A stretch of DNA of 32,000 bases. Origin: Geobacter metallireducens GS-15. Its GTDB lineage: Bacteria > Desulfobacterota > Desulfuromonadia > Geobacterales > Geobacteraceae. This document shows, in pieces, positions 26,731 through 32,000 of the stretch (position 1 is the first letter of the stretch; every line of letters begins with the position of its first letter). The stretch spans positions 3,360,001-3,392,000 of the forward strand of contig NC_007517.1 in NCBI RefSeq assembly GCF_000012925.1, written 5' to 3'. The notes under the pieces were generated by a model that made no database searches, had not been told where the DNA came from, and saw nothing but the letters and a program-made list of their open reading frames with translations. A program made the translations under genes and the position numbers.

Positions 26731-27795
26731 CTAGTACCGCAAGTAAAGCGTGAAATCATGGCCTGCGTTAATTGGGTAGCTACCAAAGACCATGCTGTTG
26801 TCGAGTACGGTCCAATTCGATCCGTCGAAGCGATATGAATTCGCCGGGCCGGTCACGATCGGACTGCTGAGTATGACGATGATGTCATTTGTCCCGCGGG
26901 CGGCAATGCTCATGGATTGGGGATTTCTTGTTTCCCGGTAAGTTAGCCTAGCCCAGTTGAGTCCGTTGTCGGAAGTATAAATGAAAAGAAAGTAATGACT
27001 AATTTGTTCACCGGGTAGTGGGTCCCGTTGGCGAACCACCGCGACATAAAAGCGCTGTCGGTCGCGAGCGAGGGCGTGCGCACCTATAGGCGGTCCAAAT
27101 CCCTGTTCGGGTACGTTAGCACTGAACAAGTACCCTGGTTGCCACACGGGATTTCCCCCTTGAATATCACCCGTTACCATCTGAAGTTGGTTATTCATCA
27201 GCCAAGAGACTATGATTTTGCCATTTCGGTTCACGAGGGCAGGCTTATCAATGAGATTGTTATTCGCAGCTACACCGCTCACAGGAGTCACCTCAGCTTT
27301 AAAGTCCTGAGGATATGAATTGTCATATATAACGACCTTTGCTTGATTGTAATGATTATACGCTACCAACCATTTCTCTCCCTCGATATGGACAATCGAT
27401 GTTCCCGAATGGATCTCATTTGGATGACCGTCACCCACTGTTCTAGGTGTGTTGTCCCACGAGTTGTATAAGCCTCTTAATACTCTTACAGGATATGACC
27501 CACTTGCTTTAAAGATTGCCAGGTAGATGCCCACATCATCTGTATCAATGCCCGGCGCAAAGTCTACATTTTGAGGTGTTCCTGCTGCCGCAGACCAGGT
27601 CGTTCCATCATCTGACCAGCGGAAGCGAAGATTCCAGCTCGTGTCAACGTAAGCAAAAACATAGGGGTTTTTTGTATCCCCATTTTGGTTTATACAAAAT
27701 GGTGGGCAGCATGCTGAAAGCCCTATTAATACCAATATACTTATGAGAATCCATGTGAACGTGTTACTAATATTCAAGATTTTTTTCATTTTCAT
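26731..27795 (-). CDS. Lipoprotein with BNR/Asp-box repeats (predicted beta-propeller, sialidase-like fold)
   Basis: Signal peptide with lipobox LSAC. Asp-boxes SDDGTTW and SDNGLNW. Low-GC ORF. Confidence 0.7.
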   Translation of the reverse strand: MKMKKILNISNTFTWILISILVLIGLSACCPPFCINQNGDTKNPYVFAYVDTSWNLRFRWSDDGTTWSAAAGTPQNVDFAPGIDTDDVGIYLAIFKASGSYPVRVLRGLYNSWDNTPRTVGDGHPNEIHSGTSIVHIEGEKWLVAYNHYNQAKVVIYDNSYPQDFKAEVTPVSGVAANNNLIDKPALVNRNGKIIVSWLMNNQLQMVTGDIQGGNPVWQPGYLFSANVPEQGFGPPIGAHALARDRQRFYVAVVRQRDPLPGEQISHYFLFIYTSDNGLNWARLTYRETRNPQSMSIAARGTNDIIVILSSPIVTGPANSYRFDGSNWTVLDNSMVFGSYPINAGHDFTLYLRY

Positions 27796-27853
27796 ACCCT
27801 CTCTTAATTTTTGAAAATATTGAACCTAAAAAAATATGACCGATATATATTCT

Positions 27854-29225
27854 GGCTCTTTAGCAGAATCTGTGGTGACACAGGGGTTCTGGCAAGTCGC
27901 CAAGTGTGTGATATAGCGCCACTTGCAGGCACTTGATGGTTCGGAAACCGTACGCTTTTCTGATAGTCAGTTTTGCTTTGAGGTTCAGACCCTCTACCGC
28001 GCCGCTGGAAAGTCGGCCTTTTGCCTTGAACCAGTTGAGAATCATCGGTTTGTGGTTGCGTAACATCCTGGCAACCTTCTTCATCGGTTCCAGGTCAGTT
28101 TGCATTGTCCTGATGACCCAGTCGTCGAGGAACTTGCCAGCAAAGTCAGACCGCTGGTAGTCCCAGAACTGCTGAAAGTCCTCGCGCAGCAGATATGCCT
28201 TGATTGATGAGAGGTTGAGCTTGAGCAAATCTCCCAATCGTGACGTCTGCTTCTCGGACAGATTTTCCGGCCGTTTCAGCAGCAACCAACGGCCCTTTTC
28301 CAGGACGTTCTCCTGCTTGGCGGCCTTGAACTCCTTGGCTTCGGTGCGCCGAACCTCGTCAATCGCTTCGTTAAACTTCCGCATGATGTGGAAGCGGTCG
28401 AGGATGTTCACGGCATTGGGTGCCCGCTTGGCGATAACCTTGAGATACGGTGCCCACATGTCGCTGCAGACATACTTGAGCTTGGCGCTGCGTTCTTTGC
28501 CGAATTCCCGAAAGAAGCGCAGTAGCGTTCTTATCCGACGTTGCGGACCACACCAGAGAAGACGCCTGACGCCGGCATTGAGCTGATAGACCATCGTAAG
28601 ATACTGATGGCCCTTGAAGACGGCAATTTCATCAACACCGATTTCCGTAACGCCATCAAGGTTTCTGTTTGCCAGGCCGTAATCGACAGCATACTGCACC
28701 GCCCGAAAGATGCTGTCCCAACTGGTCTTAAAGATTTCGGCAACTTCCTTCCAGGAGAGTCGCCGAGCCCACCGGGCAAGATAGACCTGGTACGAGATCG
28801 TCATTTGCTCTTTGCCATACCCCCAGGGGAGGGATTCAACCTTTACCCCATGGATTGGGCACAGAACCCGACGGGGAGCGTAGCGAAAGAAGACCTTGAA
28901 CGCCCAGATCGGCACATACTCGAACAGTCGGGCCGGTTGCGTGTCGTATGTCTTGCCTCGCTTGCCACATTCCGGGCATTCGGGCTTGCTGTTGCGACGA
29001 GCCTTGATGTCAATGACCAGTGCTTCTGAGCCGCCGACTTTCGCCAGTCGGCAATCTCCGTAAATGAAGGACTTGAAACGCTCGAACTTGTTCAGTACAG
29101 TCTTGATAAGCATTGCTTCTCCCGTGTCGGACTTGATCGTTTCTCGCAAAAACAATCTTATCCTTCACGGAGGGGCAATGCCCTTATTTTTTCAGCCAAC
29201 TACCCACAGATTCTGCGGACGAGGC
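27854..29225 (-). mobile_element. ISL3-family insertion sequence (1372 bp) with imperfect terminal IRs and an 8-bp target-site duplication
   Basis: IRs GGCTCTTTAGCAGAATCTGTGG (27854-27875) and the reverse complement of CCCACAGATTCTGCGGACGAGGC (29203-29225). Direct repeats TATATTCT at 27846-27853 and 29226-29233. Confidence 0.85.
27860..29113 (-). CDS. ISL3-family transposase
   Basis: zf-ISL3 CPECGKRGKTYD...CPIHG plus a DDE_Tnp_ISL3 region (IGVDEIAVFKGHQYLTMVY..., CSDMWAPYLKVI, DRFHIMRKFNEAIDEVRR). Start at MLIKTVL (ATG at 29113) after GGGAGAAG. Confidence 0.9.
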   Translation of the reverse strand: MLIKTVLNKFERFKSFIYGDCRLAKVGGSEALVIDIKARRNSKPECPECGKRGKTYDTQPARLFEYVPIWAFKVFFRYAPRRVLCPIHGVKVESLPWGYGKEQMTISYQVYLARWARRLSWKEVAEIFKTSWDSIFRAVQYAVDYGLANRNLDGVTEIGVDEIAVFKGHQYLTMVYQLNAGVRRLLWCGPQRRIRTLLRFFREFGKERSAKLKYVCSDMWAPYLKVIAKRAPNAVNILDRFHIMRKFNEAIDEVRRTEAKEFKAAKQENVLEKGRWLLLKRPENLSEKQTSRLGDLLKLNLSSIKAYLLREDFQQFWDYQRSDFAGKFLDDWVIRTMQTDLEPMKKVARMLRNHKPMILNWFKAKGRLSSGAVEGLNLKAKLTIRKAYGFRTIKCLQVALYHTLGDLPEPLCHHRFC

Positions 29226-29242
29226 TATATTCTTAATAATAA

Positions 29243-29305
29243 GCATAACGTCAGGCTTCAGGGGCCGGAGCGATAGCGACGGTCCCCTGGAAGTAAATGT
29301 TAGCC
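29243..29305 (-). other. Integron attC recombination site
   Basis: Minus strand: GGCTAAC-atttaCTTCCAGGGGaccgtcgctatcgctccggCCCCTGAAGcctgac-GTTATGC. R''/L''/L'/R' arrangement with unpaired bases. The R'' box contains the TIR gene stop codon. Confidence 0.75.
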
Positions 29306-30010
29306 AGCAATACAGCGTCCTTGTTTACAACCTGGAAATCTGGAAGGCGGAACGTCTGTGCCACCCCTAGCCCAGTCAATTGCCGCGAACGCGAAACTGT
29401 CACAGCAGGGGAATCTATAGACTTCCCTGTAGTCATCTCGGGCACCCAGGCTTTTGACGTGAAGAGCCGGTTCCGGATGGTAGGAGCAATGCGGAGGATC
29501 CCGCTGATCAAATTGGTGGCCACAGTTGGTGCAGATCGCTAAATCCTGAAATTTCGGAACAGGAGAAGCAGGAAGAGCACGCATTATGTACTCAGAGAGC
29601 TCATTCAGATGGTCTAACCCGTGTGGGAATGCTTGATTCTGTCGGAGCGTTCGAGGTAACTCCTTTGTGCTCATCTTTTCGTAGTAGACGAAAAGCCTCC
29701 CTTGCGGCTTTACGCCACTCAAGACATCGTTGTAAAAGCTATCCCACTCGTAACGTACCCATTTAGACTCAAGATTCTCGCGTGATGTCCCCACAGCAAT
29801 GAGTACGGTACTTGAATCCAATGCATCGTCTATGCACTTCTTGTACTCAGACTCTCCAAGGCGAGGAAGGGAAAGGTTGCTGTAGAACACATCCAAGCCG
29901 CGACTTGTAAACTCCCGGTAGAGAAGATCCGCAAGCTGGCTGTCACGCGTTGGTAGTCCTTGCTCATCAGAATTCTTGAACGATATGAAGACTTGATAAC
30001 TGTGGGCCAT
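29300..30010 (-). CDS. TIR-domain (ThsB-like) protein with a C-terminal Cys/His-rich zinc-module-like domain (236 aa)
   Basis: N-terminus YQVFISFKNSDEQG...LIAVGTS...SKWVRYEW (TIR_2/ThsB-like, putative catalytic Glu88). C-terminus C160-x2-C-x11-C-x-YHP-x2-P-x2-H...C202C203...GC228KQGRC233. Confidence 0.8.
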   Translation of the reverse strand: MAHSYQVFISFKNSDEQGLPTRDSQLADLLYREFTSRGLDVFYSNLSLPRLGESEYKKCIDDALDSSTVLIAVGTSRENLESKWVRYEWDSFYNDVLSGVKPQGRLFVYYEKMSTKELPRTLRQNQAFPHGLDHLNELSEYIMRALPASPVPKFQDLAICTNCGHQFDQRDPPHCSYHPEPALHVKSLGARDDYREVYRFPCCDSFAFAAIDWARGGTDVPPSRFPGCKQGRCIAG

Positions 30011-30025
30011 ATTTAAACTCTATCG

Positions 30026-30088
30026 GGCTAACGTCTCGCTTCAGGGGCCGGCGCGATAGCGACGGTCCCCTGGAAGTGTCAGTTGGGC
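30026..30088 (-). other. Integron attC recombination site
   Basis: Minus strand: GCCCAAC-tgacaCTTCCAGGGGaccgtcgctatcgcgccggCCCCTGAAGcgagac-GTTAGCC. About 90% identical to the attC at 29243. Confidence 0.75.
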
Positions 30089-30097
30089 AGCCGTCCT

Positions 30098-30541
30098 CTA
30101 GCAAAAGGTACTGGTTTTGCCCTTACTGAGCCATTCTCCGATTAGGCCAGTAAGGATTATCGAAATGAACGTGGAGAACCAAAAGCCACTTATAAGAAGG
30201 CCCTTGTACTCCTTTTTCAGAAGTTCGTCCGGATGCGTAGGGAAGGAGAGTGCTGGGTTGCGCGCATCGTAGTAGATGGTGATAACATCGCCGACCGCTC
30301 CACCGCAGACTCGCCATGTCCTGCGGTAGAGTTGGTTGCCAACGGTGTAGGAATATATTTCCAGCTTTTTGGGTGTCGTATTGTCTATGCCAACGATGGT
30401 GGCTTTGGTAGCCACTGGAGCTTGGCTTAATTGGTAATATTGCGGCCAATTACTCCAAGTAAAGGCAATGAAAACGGCAAACACACCAGCTAGCACCAAC
30501 CAAAGGGGAAGAAATATGGCTATTTTTTTCAAAAGTCCCAT
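30098..30541 (-). CDS. DUF3592-like membrane protein (first cassette)
   Basis: 147 aa. N-terminal TM, a beta-rich middle (ATIVGID...YSYTVGNQLYRRTW....GDVITIYYDARNP), and C-terminal TM segments. Confidence 0.65.
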   Translation of the reverse strand: MGLLKKIAIFLPLWLVLAGVFAVFIAFTWSNWPQYYQLSQAPVATKATIVGIDNTTPKKLEIYSYTVGNQLYRRTWRVCGGAVGDVITIYYDARNPALSFPTHPDELLKKEYKGLLISGFWFSTFISIILTGLIGEWLSKGKTSTFC

Positions 30542-30704
30542 TGTGCAACGACCCTACATTCGCCCATTTCATTGTGTTTGAGTCACCAAGCCCCCCAACG
30601 TTGATTGGACGCCCTAAAAGGCGTGGAATTTTGCGCCAGTATGGTGTATAAGGCAGTCTTGAGTCAAGCTAATTAATGAATTCTACTCGTAAAGGGATTC
30701 TGAA
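30542..30704. promoter_or_regulatory. Integron attI / divergent promoter region
   Basis: 163-bp gap between divergent intI and the first cassette. Candidate crossover boxes on the cassette strand are GTTGGGG (plus 30593-30599) and GTTGCAC (30543-30549). Candidate cassette-directed promoter is TTGACT (30667-30662)-N18-CATACT (30643-30638). Confidence 0.45.
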
Positions 30705-31709
30705 ATGCACCCCATCAACATGGGCAAAAACGCCTCTGCTGTCGAACCCGAAAAACCCCGCCTCCTGGATATCCTCCGCACCAGAATCCGCCTCAAACAT
30801 TACAGCCTCCGCACGGAGCAGACTTACACCGAATGGGCGAAGCGCTACATTCTCTTCCATGGCAAACGCCATCCCGCCGAGATGGGGAAGGAAGAGGTGG
30901 AGGCGTTTCTCTCCCATCTGGCGGTGAAGCACAATGTCTCGGCCTCGACCCAGAGCCAAGCCCGGGCCGCGATTCTTTTTCTCTACCGCGAGGTACTCGA
31001 CATTGAACTCCCCTGGCTGGACGATGTGGAACAGGCGAAGAAGCCCCAACGGCTGCCGGTGGTGCTGACGGTAAGCGAGGTGCAGGCTCTCCTCTCCCGC
31101 CTGACCGGAACCCATGCGCTGATGGGGCGACTGATGTACGGTACCGGCATGCGCCTGATGGAGACGGTGCGGCTGCGGGTGAAGGATGTGGATTTCGAGC
31201 GGAGCGAGATCATCGTCCGGGAAGGTAAGGGTGCAAAGGATCGGATCACCATGCTCCCCCAAGCGGTTGCGGCCCCGCTGCGGGAGCACCTGGGGCGGGT
31301 GGAGGCTCTTCACGGGGCGGATTTGAGGGCCGGCTTCGGCGAGGTCCACCTCCCCCATGCCCTCGGGAAGAAGTACCCGAACGCGGGTCGGGAATGGGGA
31401 TGGCAGTATGTGTTCCCGGCAAAGCAGCTTTCGACGGACCCGCGCACGGGGGTAACCCGTCGGCACCACGCTGACGAGAAGGGAATCCAGCGGGCCATCC
31501 GTCAGGCAGTGCGGGACGCGGAGCTTGCCAAGCCAGCCACTCCCCACACGCTACGGCACTCCTTCGCGACGCACCTGCTCCAGTCGGGCTACGATATCCG
31601 CACGGTGCAGGAACTTCTGGGCCACAAGGATGTGCAGACGACGATGATCTACACCCATGTGCTGAACCGTGGCGGCAAAGGGGTGGAAAGTCCCCTTGAT
31701 CGGCTGTAG
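30705..31709 (+). CDS. intI: Integron integrase IntI (tyrosine recombinase)
   Basis: 334 aa. [39 protein letters not shown], the IntI-specific extra segment [21 protein letters not shown]...DPRTG..RRHH, and [35 protein letters not shown]. Confidence 0.9.
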   Translation: MHPINMGKNASAVEPEKPRLLDILRTRIRLKHYSLRTEQTYTEWAKRYILFHGKRHPAEMGKEEVEAFLSHLAVKHNVSASTQSQARAAILFLYREVLDIELPWLDDVEQAKKPQRLPVVLTVSEVQALLSRLTGTHALMGRLMYGTGMRLMETVRLRVKDVDFERSEIIVREGKGAKDRITMLPQAVAAPLREHLGRVEALHGADLRAGFGEVHLPHALGKKYPNAGREWGWQYVFPAKQLSTDPRTGVTRRHHADEKGIQRAIRQAVRDAELAKPATPHTLRHSFATHLLQSGYDIRTVQELLGHKDVQTTMIYTHVLNRGGKGVESPLDRL

Positions 31710-31746
31710 AATTGTCCGGTAACGTCATTGCCACGGAGGTAACGCC

Positions 31747-32000
31747 ATGAGGGAAAAGATCGAGATCATACCGGGGGATATCACGAAGCTGGCGGTGGAC
31801 ACCATTGTGAACGCGGCCAACAATTCGCTCCTTGGGGGGGGCGGGGTTGACGGCGCCATCCACCGGGCCGCGGGGCCGGAGCTGCTGGCGGAGTGCCGGA
31901 CCCTGAACGGCTGCGCCACCGGCGACGCCAAGATAACGAAGGGGTATCGCCTCCCGGCGAAGCACGTGATCCACACGGTGGGGCCGGTGTGGCACGGGGG
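31747..32000 (+). CDS. ymdB: Macro-domain protein (YmdB-like O-acetyl-ADP-ribose deacetylase), 3' end outside the window
   Basis: My own translation from the ATG at 31747: [51 protein letters not shown]...[24 protein letters not shown]. Missing from the track because no stop lies in the window. Confidence 0.85.
   Translation, partial: MREKIEIIPGDITKLAVDTIVNAANNSLLGGGGVDGAIHRAAGPELLAECRTLNGCATGDAKITKGYRLPAKHVIHTVGPVWHG

Noticed and set aside
31747-32000. The macro-domain gene next to intI, considered as a functional partner of the TIR cassette (hydrolysis of ADP-ribose signals, as with the Thoeris ThsA Macro domain or anti-defence enzymes).
   Set aside because: The sequence is a standard high-GC YmdB-type housekeeping macro domain. 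It lies outside the cassette array, on the far side of intI and on the opposite strand from the cassettes. The adjacency is most simply coincidental.

Overview
This is a high-GC chromosomal segment. Its gene content (multihaem cytochrome c, many c-di-GMP and two-component genes) looks like a Geobacter-type deltaproteobacterium, but that assignment is inferred, not verified.

Positions 1-25.6 kb are mostly housekeeping genes:
- DNA and translation: mutS2, an arfB-like gene, polA, nfo.
- Transport and envelope: an EamA transporter, an Lpp-like lipoprotein next to an L,D-transpeptidase, DUF4197.
- Metabolism and stress: an O-methyltransferase, hsp20, a larE-like gene, cysK with an Rrf2 regulator, dapF, a HIT protein, a ferredoxin-nitroreductase, a small trihaem cytochrome.
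- Signalling: a GGDEF protein and a porin / PBP-like / hybrid kinase / HD-GYP operon.
- Interruptions: an IS110-family element sits inside a REP-like palindrome, with two further copies of that palindrome family and a GGTCCC-type repeat block elsewhere.

The accessory part is 26.1-31.7 kb, a chromosomal integron. It has an intI integrase (30705-31709, + strand) and a divergent attI/promoter region. The minus-strand cassette array is low in GC and is punctuated by three closely related ~63-67 bp attC sites. In order from attI the cassettes are:
1. a DUF3592-like membrane protein;
2. a ThsB-like TIR protein with a C-terminal Cys/His-rich module whose spacing resembles the eukaryotic CHORD/Btk zinc motif;
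3. a BNR/Asp-box lipoprotein whose leader carries an ISL3 insertion with 8-bp target duplications;
4. an orphan higA preceded by an 18-codon higB remnant.

The TIR/CHORD-like cassette is the best candidate for an undescribed (anti-phage) function. No rRNA, tRNA or CRISPR array was seen. All family assignments come from motif recognition by eye, without database searches.
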